Notes under the pieces: model-generated
What the model saw: the letters and a program-made list of their open reading frames with translations, nothing else
The model's database searches: none
Told to the model about the DNA's origin: nothing
Made by a program: the position numbers and the translations under genes
Shown here: one piece after another, positions 1-12,908 of the stretch
How positions within the stretch are numbered: position 1 is the stretch's first letter
Layout: every line of letters begins with the position of its first letter
From: Octopus sinensis
Lineage: Eukaryota
Assembly (NCBI RefSeq): GCF_006345805.1
Contig: NC_043003.1
Span: 51,212,001-51,276,000, forward strand
Reading direction: 5' to 3'
Length of the DNA stretch: 64,000 bases

Positions 1-438
1 CAAGAGAAGATGAGGAGACTATGACTCCTATGTTAATAAATCAAGAAGCAGCACATCCTGATGTCTTCAGGATGGTTAACTGGTCCAGATTCAAGTAAAG
101 CCACAAGGTTCAAACGATGGTGTTGAATCAATTGACAGATCAGTTCTGCCACCTGAGAACAAGTTAGGTTTAGTCCATCCTACAAGCTTCTCCACAATTT
201 CCATGTATCCAGTTCTGCTCAGAAATTTTGGTTTGACCTGAGACAGTGGCAGATCAGAGCCACTTGTTCATTGAATTGTGTGTAAGTAACCTAAAATTCC
301 ATGCAGTGGAATTACACCCAGATTCATGTGACTATAAAATGAATTTCTTAACCACACAGGCGCGACTCTGTCTGTTAGTAGTCTGATGCTCTGCTGATGT
401 CTTTATTTTGTATAAATAATTATATTTCTTTATTTTAG

Positions 439-494
439 AATGAGGTGAATGAAGATAGAATGGAATTCGATGCAGAAATGGAAGAAAATAACAG
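439..494 (+). CDS. THOC1: THOC1 internal coding exon (NEVNEDRMEFDAEMEENN-S); upstream exons lie outside the window
   Basis: tttag acceptor, GTAAAA donor; 56 nt ends in phase 2 and joins the next exon in frame; acidic segment precedes the conserved PIDxNLYRKFW motif. Confidence 0.8.
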
Positions 495-1094
495 GTAAAA
501 CTATATCAACAGTTTGTGTTGCTTGTGATTGTGTGTGGGATCTCTTTTTTTTCATACATATTTCGACAAAAAATATAGAATTTTTTTTATCCGACCACAG
601 TGCTTCTATATCTTCTTGCTTTTACATAGTTTGCTTTATTTCCAGTCAGGCACGCTGCTCTTATTTTTCAGTTGAATATTTTTTTTTCTTTGTATCTCAC
701 ACATTACTATTACACTCTGAAAAGCTTCAGCACTAGTTAAGGAAGGTACAGTGGATACAAATTTATTCAAAGACACAGTCTCCAGTCCTATAATTTATTA
801 ATGGTAATAATAATTATTTCTTATAAAAGTGTATATTGGTGTGGGAACATAATAGCCAAAACAAATACTGCAAAACATTTTGTCCAATGTTCTAATGATT
901 CTGCCAATACAAATATTTTCTCCTCATTCAACATGCCCCCCCCCCCAAATAAATAAAAGAACAACCAATTATCACTTAATTATATTTCTGGTTCGTATTA
1001 ATTTATTGCTAACAGTATGTTTGCTTAATTTTACTTTACTTTTGGTTGGTTGTGTGTATATACTTAGTATCTGTTCTCTATTCTGTTCTTGTAG

Positions 1095-1203
1095 CAATGT
1101 ACCTATTGATTTCAATCTGTACCGCAAGTTTTGGGCTTTACAAGATTTCTTCCGGAAGCCTCTTCTTTGTTATGAGAAAGTGGCATGGCTGACCTTTACA
1201 TCA
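1095..1203 (+). CDS. THOC1: THOC1 coding exon (NVPIDFNLYRKFWALQDFFRKPLLCYEKVAWLTFTS)
   Basis: ttgtag/GTAAGT; matches the THOC1 motif PIDYNLYRKFWSLQDYFRNP as I recall it. Confidence 0.95.
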
Positions 1204-2004
1204 GTAAGTATTTTCTTTTTATATATACACTTATATACTTGGTGGTACTTCTTTTTATGTCACAACATGGCTATTGTTTCTGTTCTGTGATAATAGCGAT
1301 ACAAGTAGTTAACAGTTCAGCAGGAATAAGAAAGAAACAAGAGGGCTGATGTAGCCTTTTTTGCTTACAAGTTCGCCAAGGTGCTACTGTATGATACCTT
1401 GAGCTTGTGTTATCTTCTATACCATAAATGCCTTGGTCAAATACAAATGCCTTGTGACTTCTAGGTTATACACCTTTAGATGAACTTTGCTGTTCTGTCA
1501 ACTGAAATGGATCTTTCCAATATGTGTTAAGTTGGGTTACTTGTGACATGATTATTCGTTAATGAAGTAAGGTACATAACTCTGCTTGTCTTAGCTTCCC
1601 TAACGGAGCAAAATATAGGCTTTACTGTTAGTAGTAGGAAAGATGGCTAAGTGTATAACCAATTGCTTCAACATAAACCATCCAAGCGAAGAAGGGAAAA
1701 GGGATCTAGAACGATTCAACATACACCAATATATATTTATATGACCAACAGACACTGGAAAAAAAGGGAGAGGAGCGAAGTGTTGTTATTATATCCACAA
1801 ATAACATATTACTCGATTTGGGTTCGTGCCTATTTTTTCATCAGAACATAGTTTTGTTTGAATTTTTATGTCTTATGCTTCTTTCTGATCTGTAGTCCAT
1901 GGGTTCATGCTTTACCATTGCCATATAAATTATGGTGACTGTCTTCATCAGTGACATTGAGCTTGGTAGGAAGACATTGTTTGTATTGTTTCTTCTCTTT
2001 GTAG

Positions 2005-2136
2005 AATGCTAATGAAGTGCTCACAGCGTTTTCTAGTTACAAGCTTGACGATATGAAATCCCCTCGCAAGAAACTCAACCGCTCATATCTTAAGGAAACT
2101 CAGACTTATTTTGCCAAATACTTGACCAGTGAAAAG
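2005..2136 (+). CDS. THOC1: THOC1 coding exon (NANEVLTAFSSYKLDDMK...YFAKYLTSEK)
   Basis: ttgtag/GTAAGT, 132 nt phase 0-0; conserved F.SYKLDD and YFAK.LTSEK motifs. Confidence 0.95.
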
Positions 2137-2239
2137 GTAAGTTCATTTTCTGTATTTTCATTTCTCTTCATTAAAACACATGCATACAACCATATATATA
2201 TATATATATATAGAAGACTCAGCAAACCAAGTGAGAACA

Positions 2240-2800
2240 TAACCTCGTGGTCTATGCCGGAGATGTAACCAGCCCACTTATATGTACCTTTCCTTCATTG
2301 GACACTAAACTCTGCTTGTGAAGACCTGTTGAGGCAAGTGAAATCAAAATCAAATTCGATGACTGGCATCCATGCTAGTGGAGTGCTAAAAGCACCATCC
2401 AAGCATGATTGTTGCCAGAGCAGCTAACTGGCTTCAATGCTGGTGGCATGTAAAAAGCACCATTCGAGCATGATCGTTACCAGCGTTACCTTATTGGCAC
2501 GTGCAAAAACATTTGAGCGAGGTCATTGCCACTGCTGCTGGACTGGCTCCTGTGCAGGTGGCATGTAAAACACCATTTGAGCATGACCGTTGCCAGTACT
2601 ACCTGAGTGGCCCTTGTGCCGGTGGCATGTAAAAGCATCCACTACACTCTCGGAGTGGATGGTGTTAGGAAGGGCATCCGGCTGTAGAATCTCTGCCAGA
2701 TCAGATTGGAGCCTGGTGCAGCCATCTGGTTTGCCAGTCCTCAGTCAAATCGTCCAACCCATGCTAGCATGGAAAGTGGACGTTAAACAATGATGATGAT
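2240..2800 (+). mobile_element. Abundant SINE-like retroposon with (GAT)n tail ('family A')
   Basis: ttaggaagggcatcc.gctgtaga block and gcatggaaagtggacgttaaa.gatgat tail; many more copies, e.g. 5270-5700, 16026-16255 (-), 19380-19705, 21980-22460, 23560-24030 (-), 38345-38835, 57640-57880. Confidence 0.75.
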
Positions 2801-3638
2801 ATATACATGCATACATACGTACAGATACAAACATACATCATTACCATCATTTAACATCCAACTTCCCGTGTTTGCATGGATCAGAAGGTATCTGTTGAGG
2901 CAGGATGCTCTTCCTGTTTCTTAGCAAAATAATATTTCCTCATAGCCAGGCATGTGTTTTTCCGAATATTGTAAATGAATAACACTGTATGACAGTGACA
3001 ATCATTTACATCTATCACGTAATGTGAAGACAAGCAGACACACACACACACACACACATTTTGGTTAACTCAGAGCTATAATGGAAAACACTTGTCCAAT
3101 GTGTCACACTGTGAAACTGAACACAAAACCACATGGTTGGGAAGCAAATTTCTCAGCCACACAGCAATGCCTACTCCATCAACATTTTTTTGTATATCAG
3201 AGTCTACATTGTCCATGTCTCTTCTTGTTATTGTTTAACCCCAGGTCAATCCAGATTGAGTAGGCCTATCTTCAAAGACATTCCAACCATAATTATCTTG
3301 TCTTTTATTTTAAACATTGTCTCAAACTACATTACCCTAGTGATATCTTTCTTCATGTTAGATGCTAAAGTGTGATCTGAGGTAAATTTAGCTGTTGTTT
3401 TTAGCAAGTCAAGTGATCTCAGAAGCTTCTTTGTTAAAGTGCACACTGCAATTTGAGGGAGGTTTGGTTTCTGGATCTAGCAGGTTGTGTCAGAATGCAG
3501 AAGCTTCCTCATTGCCTCGTTTTCACTCTGTGTAAAATAATGGCATTGTTGTCTCTCTCCTTTTATTTATGAACATTGTCTCTTTTTGTGTGGTGCAGCT
3601 GAATTGAGTATAATTCTTCTTTCATTTTCACATTGCAG

Positions 3639-3739
3639 TTACTCGATCTACAGCTCTCAGACAGTAATTTCCGGAGATATGTGCTGGTACAGTTCCTGAT
3701 TCTCGTCCAATACCTGAATGCTCCTGTCAAGTTTAAAAA
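3639..3739 (+). CDS. THOC1: THOC1 coding exon (LLDLQLSDSNFRRYVLVQFLILVQYLNAPVKFK)
   Basis: ttgcag/GTAAGT; conserved DLQLSDSNFRR motif; not shown in the ORF track on the + strand. Confidence 0.95.
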
Positions 3740-3884
3740 GTAAGTCAGCTGCTGAAACAGCATGCTTGTGTGCACACACACACACACACACAAACACAAG
3801 ATGTGCTTGACTATGATCTTTGAGACAGTGATTTCAAATTTCTACATTATTGTTTTATTTGATTGCCTGTCATTATGTTCTTTT

Positions 3885-3915
<31 letters not shown>

Positions 3916-4885
3916 GATCATCTTATGTTCCTTTTATTTATATTGGCATATGTGGATCTGTCTTGCCATCTCTCAGCACAGTCTGCAATTTCTGAAACAC
4001 AACATAGTGGGCCAGTGTTCTCTGTTGCCTAGCAACACACAGCTACATTGAAAACTGACCAGCTTGGTGGTTGTGTACAGCTGGGTGCATTCTATCATCT
4101 TTATTGTGCCACCTTCTTAGTCTAGGCACAGACAACAGACCTGCAATTTGTAAAGTCCCACATCTTGATCATGCATTTCATTTTTACATGTACTGGTGTT
4201 AGGAAGGGCATCCAGCCATAGAAAACATGCCAAAGCAGATGCTAAAGTCTAGTGCAGTCCTCTGGCTAGCCAGCTACTGCCAAACTGTCCATCCCATACC
4301 AGCATAGAAAACATATGTTAAATAATAATAATGATGATGATATACTGGGATCATTTTTATTGTGCTACCAGATTTAGAGAGGAATTGTCTGCCACAAGAC
4401 TAAATAATCCTCTCTCCTTCTTGTCATTTCTTATTCAGTGCTTTCCTTGAAGTGTAGTCTAGGATGTGGCTTGTGAATCCACATTTTGTTTGTACATTCA
4501 AGTGAAACCCTCATTCATAAAAACCAATGTTAGATTTATCATTGACAGAATCTACCTAGAATCATCATCATCATCCTTTTTGACATCCACTTTCCTATAC
4601 AATCATAGGTCAGACTGAGTTTATTGGGGTGGATTTTCTGTGGCTGAACATCCTTCTTGCCTCCAACCTTCACCTGTTTTCAAGTAAGGGAATATTTCTC
4701 AATGACTAGACATTTTCACAGTAAATTGGAAACAAAGTACACCACTTGCTTGATGGTGACATTTGCTTACAATTATCACACAATGTCAAGGAGAAATTAC
4801 ACACACACACATACACTCACATAAATGTTTATACGTCATAAAAAAATGGTTTGTATTTTATTCTTCTCCACTTTGATTCCTTCAG

Positions 4886-5003
4886 TGCCAACTGTGCCCT
4901 GTCTGAAGAACAAAATGTTTGGATTAAAACAACAGAAGACTGGGTTTACCAACTACTTAAAGAAACACCTCCTGATGGAGAGGCATTTGCCAAATCTATA
5001 CAG
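4886..5003 (+). CDS. THOC1: THOC1 coding exon (ANCALSEEQNVWIKTTEDWVYQLLKETPPDGEAFAKSIQ)
   Basis: ttcag/GTAAGC; conserved VYQLL.E.PPDGE.F motif; phases consistent. Confidence 0.95.
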
Positions 5004-5703
5004 GTAAGCATTTCATTTCTGTTACTTTTTTTTTAACTCCCATTTTTCCATGCTAGCATGGGTTGGACAGGATATTTTGAGGCTGTGTTTGATGATGCCC
5101 TTTATTATAACATCCTATTTTGTTGCCTTTTACCTCACACATATGCACTTACACTATATATACTTATTCTAAAGACCAGGATACACATGGTATATATATA
5201 TATATATATATATACACTGCATTTCAATTATTAATGACGCACCCTTTTTTATATTTTATTTAAAAGCTACTTGGAATTCAATGAAATTTCCACTGGCACC
5301 CGGCAGTTGCCAGGACCGCTGGACTGACTCCTGTGCAGGTGGCAAGTGAAGAAACACCATTTCGTCCCTGTGCTTGAGGAGATCCATTGAGTCAAGTACA
5401 CCAACATCAAAATCAATGGAAACTGCAGTTGTGATCCCTGTGCCGGTGGCACATAAAAAAGCACCATCTGAACGTGGCCGATGCCAGCGCCGCCTAGACT
5501 GGCTTCCGTGTCAGTGGCACGTAAAAAGCACCCACTACACTCACGGAATGGTTGGTGTTAGGAATGGCATCCAGCTGTAGAAACACTGCCAGATAAGACT
5601 GGAGCCTGGTGCAGCCTTCTGGCTTCCCAGATCCCCGGGATCGTCCAACCCATGCTAGCATGGAGAACGGACGTTAAATGATGATGATGATGATGATGAT
5701 GTT

Positions 5704-7095
5704 GGCAACAGTTATATGTGCGTGGTATGCACAAGTGTAAACAAACCATGGCTATTTGCATGATTTCCACAAACTTTCAGTGTTCCAAATTATTAATGAG
5801 TGGTCTGATAATCATGTAATTATGGGTTGTAAATGTGACTTAACTGCTTCAGAGAAATCTCTTATTACTTCTGAACTTGCAAAATGTAAATCAGCATTAG
5901 AAATATCTAAAATAATTAGAAGGTATCACCAAACTGTGAAAAAAAATTTGTTACAGCTCCTACAAAGATATGTAAGAGAACCAACAGGGGTCAGTCGAGA
6001 GCTGTTTCTCAACGTTTTGTCATGGATTAAGTGTGAAGCTTTAAAGAACCCAGGTTTTACAACTGGAGAACATTTCAAGTACCTCAGCAAAACAACTGTG
6101 TTCAGAACTACCTGATGTCGTCTTCTGAAAAAAATGTTGGTAAATCAGTGACATCAGTTAAAAGGCTTTCTTTAAACAAAATCCATATACAAAATCGTCT
6201 GAAAGGGCAGAAGATAACATGAAGGTTGACTTTTCAAAATTTTTGTTTATGGATGAAATTTGTATTATTCTTGATGGACCTGATGGTTGGAGCAAGGGAT
6301 GGGTTATAAGTGAATGGAATCACCGTCAACCTTTGAGATGCCAACAAGGTGGAAGAGGCATCATGATTTGGGCAGGTATTATGGTTGGTCCTTGAAAAGT
6401 ACCTGTTGGTGTTAAAATGATTGTGGATACTTATATACTCTTTCTGAGGGAACACCTTGAACTTTGATTAAAAAAAGCAAAGTATCACCTTCAAGACAAC
6501 CACAATATTCATGCAAGATAATGTGTCCTCACACTCAGCAAAGAAAACTACAGAGTATCTGCAACAATTAGGCTCCTGTGGACCTCTGAAGATGAAGTGA
6601 CTTGCCTGTTCCCCCTGACTTAAATCCAGTAGAAAACTTGTGGAGTATTCTAAAGCAACAAGTTTATGAGAATGGATGCCAATTTAGGAGCAAGGATGAA
6701 CTGTGGCAGGCAACAGTGGATGTATTTTGTGGTATGACATCAGAAGAAATCCAGAAATTAGCATGTTCCATGGATCAGCGCCTTTTCCAACTTATTTCAA
6801 ACAAAGGCTCATATATCCATTACTAACCAGCTCACATATTTTTGAATGCAGCTTTTTGCTTATTTCTATTTCTTCCCTCTTTATGACTATGTATTCATTT
6901 CATTATGTGCTTCAAATAATTAAATTGGTATTGTCTTGTTTACATGAGTTTTAATTATAACTTGCTAATAATTTGAAACAGTGAAAGTTTACATAAATTT
7001 GGTAAATGGCCATAGTTTCTGTGTTGTTTTATGGAACCTCACATTCTTTTACACACCATGATGATGATGATGACCATGTATATATAATTGTTGCC
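5704..7095 (+). mobile_element. Decayed Tc1-family DNA transposon
   Basis: MGCKCDLTASEKSLI (HTH start, ATG 5822), LDGPDGW, QQGG, MQDN, PDLNPVENLWSILK fragments with stops and frameshifts; degenerate inverted repeats 5743-5795 vs 6966-7018 plus outer ggcaacaRttatat. Confidence 0.85.
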
Positions 7096-7213
7096 AGCCA
7101 GCATTCTGTGATAATTTTGTTGAATTCCAACAAGTAGTTTTTAAATAAAATTTTAAAATGTTGCATTGTTAATAATTTGAAACGTAAACGATGATGATGA
7201 TGATGATGATGAA

Positions 7214-7537
<324 letters not shown>

Positions 7538-7579
7538 TATATATATATATATATGTATATATAGATATATGTATATATA

Positions 7580-8410
7580 TAAATCAAAACAAATCAAAAT
7601 AGATGAACATCAATGGAATTTGTATCTTTGTGGTACCAGTGCCGGTGGCACACAAGAAAACCATCCGAACGTGGCTGTAGCCAGTACCGCATCGACTGGC
7701 CTCCGTGCTGTGGGTACGTAACAAACACCATCCGATCGTGGCCATTCGCCAGCCTCATCTGGCACCTGTGTCGGTGGCACATAAAAACACCATTCTAAGA
7801 CCCGGCAAGACTAGTCAGGCCATAACCTGTGGCCCCTACCTGGGACGTGGTCAGTCCACCTGTGCATACCTTCCTTCTTGTGACACTTGTGAAGACCTGT
7901 TGAGGCAAGTGAAAATCAAAATCAAAACAAATCAAAATAGATGAACATCAATGGAATTTGTATCTTTGTGGTACCAGTGCCAGTGGCACACAAGAAAACC
8001 ATCCGAACGTGGCCGTAGCCAGTACCACATCGACTGGCCTCCGTGCTGTGGGCACATAACAAACACCATCCGATCGTGGCCGTTCGCCAGCCTCATCTGG
8101 CACCTGTGTCGGTGGCACATAAAAACACCATCCAAGCATGGCCGTCTGCCAGCCTCGTCTGGCACCTGTGTCGGTGGCACATAAAAAACACCATCCGAGC
8201 GTGGCCGTTCGCCAGCCTCATCTGGCACCTGTGTCGGTGGCACATAAAATCACCCACTACACTCTTGGAGTGGTTGGCATTAGGAAGGGCATCCAGCTGT
8301 AGAAACACTGCCAGATCTGACTGGCCTGGTGCAGCCTTCGGGCTCCCCAGACCCCAGTTGAACCGTCCAACCCATGCTAGCATGGAAAGCGGACGTTAAA
8401 TGATGATGAT
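7580..8410 (+). mobile_element. Family A copy with internal tandem repeats of about 60 bp
   Basis: Repeats of ggtggcacataaaaacaccatccgagcgtggccgt...ctggcacctgtgtc before the standard tail. Confidence 0.75.
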
Positions 8411-8413
8411 ATA

Positions 8414-8466
<53 letters not shown>

Positions 8467-8499
8467 TGATCAAAATAAAAACATGATGCCAAGGATTCA

Positions 8500-8577
8500 G
8501 CGGTACATATGTTTCGGGCCTTTATTAGACAGATTTATAACAATGCATAATGTATGTCTGTGGCCTTCTTCAGCCGC
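8500..8577 (-). ncRNA. Type I hammerhead ribozyme copy 1
   Basis: Reverse complement reads gcgg-CTGAAGA-aggcc...ggccc-GAAAC atat GTA-ccgc. Confidence 0.8.
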
Positions 8578-9148
8578 GCACAACAGCTTCCACAAGGACA
8601 TGTGTTACATCAAAAATTCTTGGTTGGGGATGCAAATCCTCTCATTTGCGTACGACATAATGCGGCAACAGCATAGAATTGAAGCGTCCATCTCTTTCTT
8701 CTCTCAATGTAGAATGAGGAAATTTGGATGTTGAAGTAATGTAAATAAATAAATAAATAAATACATACATATATAGACGTGAAGATGGAGGGGCGAGAAT
8801 TCAGGACGAGGGATAAAAAATGTATAAAAAGTGTAAGTATAGAAAAATATAAAAATGTAGAGTATAAAGATATAAAGGGATATAAGGAGATGTAAAGGGG
8901 ATATAAAGAATATAAAGAAATATAAATGAATGTAAAGGCATCTTCACGTCTATATATGTATGTATTTATTTATTTATTTATTTATTTACATTCAACATCC
9001 AAATTTCCTCATTCTACATTGAGAGAAGAAAGAGATGGACGCTTCAATTCTATGCTGTTGCCGCATTATGTCGTACGCGAATGAGAGGATTTGCATCCCC
9101 AACCAAGAATTTTTGATGTAACACATGTCCTTGTGGAAGCTGTTGTGC

Positions 9149-9231
9149 GCGGCTGAAGAAGGCCACAGACATACATTATGCATTGTTATAAATCTGTCTA
9201 ATAAAGGAAAGGCCCGAAACATATGTACCGC
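9149..9231 (+). ncRNA. Type I hammerhead ribozyme copy 2
   Basis: gcgg CTGAAGA aggcc(acagac...atctgtc...)ggccc GAAAC atat GTA ccgc; small insertion in the loop II region. Confidence 0.8.
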
Positions 9232-9338
9232 TGAATCCTTGGCATCATGTTTTTATTTTGATCAATTTACTCCACCACCTACACCACCAAACGGTATACA
9301 CAGGTGCTTATAATTATCAAGTACTCACCCCGAATTCC

Positions 9339-9385
<47 letters not shown>

Positions 9386-9813
9386 CATATACATATATAC
9401 ATATATATATATATACATATACATATATACATATATATATATATACACATATATATATATATACATATATATATATACATATATCAGCCCCGTCTGGCAC
9501 CTGTGTCGGTGACACATAAGAAAACACCATCCGAGCGTGGCCGTCAGCCAGCCTCGTCTGGCACCTGTGTCGGTGGCACACATAAAAACACCATCCGAGC
9601 GTGGCCGTTCGCCAGCCTCATCTGGCACCTGTGTCGGTGGCACATAAAATCACCCACTACACTCTTGGAGTGGTTGGCATTAGGAAGGGCATCCAGCTGT
9701 AGAAACACTGCCAGATCTGACTGGCCTGGTGCAGCCTTCGGGCTCCCCAGACCCCAGTTGAACCGTCCAACCCATGCTAGCATGGAAAGCGGACGTTAAA
9801 TGATGATGATATA

Positions 9814-9849
<36 letters not shown>

Positions 9850-9897
9850 CATATATATTATATATTGATCAAAATAAAAACATGATGCCAGGATTCA

Positions 9898-9974
9898 GCG
9901 GTACATATGTTCGGGCCTTTATTAGACAGATTTATAACAATGCATAATGTATGTCTGTGGCCTTCTTCAGCCGC
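9898..9974 (-). ncRNA. Hammerhead copy 3, with one A missing from the GAAA core
   Basis: Plus strand reads catatgttcggg versus catatgtttcggg in the other minus copies. Confidence 0.6.
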
Positions 9975-10544
9975 GCACAACAGCTTCCACAAGGACATGT
10001 GTTACATCAAAAATTCTTGGTTGGGGATGCAAATCCTCTCATTTGCGTACGACATAATGCGGCAACAGCATAGAATTGAAGCGTCCATCTCTTTCTTCTC
10101 TCAATGTAGAATGAGGAAATTTGGATGTTGAAGTAATGTAAATAAATAAATAAATAAATACATACATATATAGACGTGAAGATGGAGGGGCGAGAATTCA
10201 GGACGAGGGATAAAAAATGTATAAAAAGTGTAAGTATAGAAAAATATAAAAATGTAGAGTATAAAGATATAAAGGGATATAAGGAGATGTAAAGGGGATA
10301 TAAAGAATATAAAGAAATATAAATGAATGTAAAGGCATCTTCACGTCTATATATGTATGTATTTATTTATTTATTTATTTATTTACATTCAACATCCAAA
10401 TTTCCTCATTCTACATTGAGAGAAGAAGAGATGGACGCTTCAATTCTATGCTGTTGCCGCATTATGTCGTACGCGAATGAGAGGATTTGCATCCCCAACC
10501 AAGAATTTTTGATGTAACACATGTCCTTGTGGAAGCTGTTGTGC

Positions 10545-10627
10545 GCGGCTGAAGAAGGCCACAGACATACATTATGCATTGTTATAAATCTGTCTAATAA
10601 AGGAAAGGCCCGAAACATATGTACCGC
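10545..10627 (+). ncRNA. Type I hammerhead ribozyme copy 4
   Basis: Same sequence as copy 2. Confidence 0.8.
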
Positions 10628-10734
10628 TGAATCCTTGGCATCATGTTTTTATTTTGATCAATTTACTCCACCACCTACACCACCAAACGGTATACACAGG
10701 TGCTTATAATTATCAAGTACTCACCCCGAATTCC

Positions 10735-10796
<62 letters not shown>

Positions 10797-11235
10797 CATA
10801 TATATATATATACATATACATATATACATATATATATATATACCATATATATATATATACATATATATATATACATATATCAGCCCCGTCTGGCACCTGT
10901 GTCGGTGACACATAAGAAAACACCATCCGAGCGTGGCCGTCAGCCAGCCTCGTCTGGCACCTGTGTCGGTGGCACATAAAAAACACCATCCGAGCGTGGC
11001 CGTCTGCCAGCCTCGTCTGGCACCTGTGTCGGTGGCACATAAAATCACCCACTACACTCTCGGAGTGGTTGGCGTTAGGAAGGGCATCCAGCTGTAGAAA
11101 CACTGCCAGATCTGACTGGCCTGGTGCAGCCTTCGGGCTTGCCAGACCCCAGTTGAACCGTCCAACCCATGCTAGCATGGAAAGCGGACGTTAAACGATG
11201 ATGATGATGATGATGATGATATACATATATATACA

Positions 11236-11303
<68 letters not shown>

Positions 11304-11330
11304 AAATAAAAACATGATGCGAAGGACTCA

Positions 11331-11408
11331 GCGGTACATATGTTTCGGGCCTTTATTAGACAGATTTATAACAATGCATAATGTATGTCTGTGGCCTTCT
11401 TCAGCCGC
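11331..11408 (-). ncRNA. Type I hammerhead ribozyme copy 5
   Basis: Intact core on the reverse complement, as in copy 1. Confidence 0.8.
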
Positions 11409-12830
11409 GCACAACAGCTTCCACAAGGACATGTGTTACATCAAAAATTCTTGGTTGGGGATGCAAATCCTCTCATTCACGTACGACATAATGCGGCAGC
11501 AGCATAGAGTTGAAGCGTCCATCTCTTTCTTCTCTCAATGTAGAATGAGGAAAATTGGATGTTGAGGTAATGTAAATAAATAAATACATATATAGAGGTG
11601 AAGATGGAGGGGCGAGAGTTCGGGACGAGGGATAAAAAATGTATAAAAAGTGTAAGTATAGAATAATATAAAAATGTAGAGGATAAAGGGTTGTAAGTAG
11701 ATGTAAAGGGGGTATAAAGAAATATAAAGTAAAAATAGAAATAGAAATAAAAGTAAAAAAACCTGATAAAAACATGATAAAAGTGTAAAAGAATGTAAAG
11801 ATAAGGGATGTATAGAGGTTATGGACCAAGCATGGTGGTCAGGAGATTGATAAAATTTAGTTGTAGAATTGTCAGTACATCAACAGTTTCGTCTGGGGAC
11901 TTATGCGTTGTAAATCAGAGCTGATGAGCATTTAATCTGATTCCTTGAATTAAATGGACTTCTAGTACATACATATCATCATGGATATATACACCACATA
12001 CACGCGTACATATACGCCTCCAAGCCTATAAGCATACACACGCACTCGCGTGTAAACACGTACATAAACACACACGCACGCGCGTACACACACATACATA
12101 CAACAGAATATCCGCATATATACACGGATATATACACATGTATGTATGTGTGTGTACGCGCGTGTGTGTTTATGTACGTGTTTACACGCGAGTGCGTGTG
12201 TATGCTTATAGGCTTGGAGGCGTATATGTACGCGTGTATGTGGGTGTATATATCCATGATGATATGTATGTACTAGAAGTCCATTTAATTCAAGGAACCA
12301 GATTAAATGCTCATCAGCTCTGATTTACAACGCATTAAGTCCCCAGACGAAACTGTTGATGTACTGACAATTCTACAACTAAATTTTATCAATCTCCTGA
12401 CCACCATGCTTGGTCCATAACCTCTATACATCCCTTATCTTTACATTCTTTTACACTTTTATCATGTTTTTATCAGGTTTTTTTACTTTTATTTCTATTT
12501 CTATTTTTACTTTATATTTCTTTATACCCCCTTTACATCTACTTACAACCCTTTATCCTCTACATTTTTATATTATTCTATACTTACACTTTTTATACAT
12601 TTTTTATCCCTCGTCCCGAACTCTCGCCCCTCCATCTTCACCTCTATATATGTATTTATTTATTTACATTACCTCAACATCCAATTTTCCTCATTCTACA
12701 TTGAGAGAAGAAAGAGATGGACGCTTCAACTCTATGCTGCTGCCGCATTATGTCGTACGTGAATGAGAGGATTTGCATCCCCAACCAAGAATTTTTGATG
12801 TAACACATGTCCTTGTGGAAGCTGTTGTGC

Positions 12831-12908
12831 GCGGCTGAAGAAGGCCACAGACATACATTATGCATTGTTATAAATCTGTCTAATAAAGGCCCGAAACATA
12901 TGTACCGC
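12831..12908 (+). ncRNA. Type I hammerhead ribozyme copy 6
   Basis: gcgg CTGAAGA aggcc...ggccc GAAAC atat GTA ccgc. Confidence 0.8.

Larger units (their letters stand above)
8466..9265. repeat. Palindrome 1: arms of about 320 bp (8466-8787 / 8939-9265), 151-bp spacer; PLE pseudo-LTR-like sequence
   Basis: Arms are direct reverse complements (also visible as the same ORF on both strands). Confidence 0.9.
9865..10661. repeat. Palindrome 2: near-identical tandem copy of palindrome 1
   Basis: Same arms and spacer, offset about 1.4 kb. Confidence 0.9.

Noticed and set aside
2270-2350. Possible HDV-like ribozyme at the 5' part of family A
   Set aside because: A P4-like hairpin (cttg..caag) and a gtgaaa tail are present, but I could not build P1/P1.1/P3 pairings.
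3563-3799. Minus-strand ORF
   Set aside because: Shadow of the real + strand THOC1 exon 3639-3739.
8483-8734. Six-fold repeated ORF (MHNVCLWPSSAAHNSFHKDMC...) on both strands
   Set aside because: It is the antisense reading of the ribozyme-bearing palindrome arm; no domain resemblance and variable starts.
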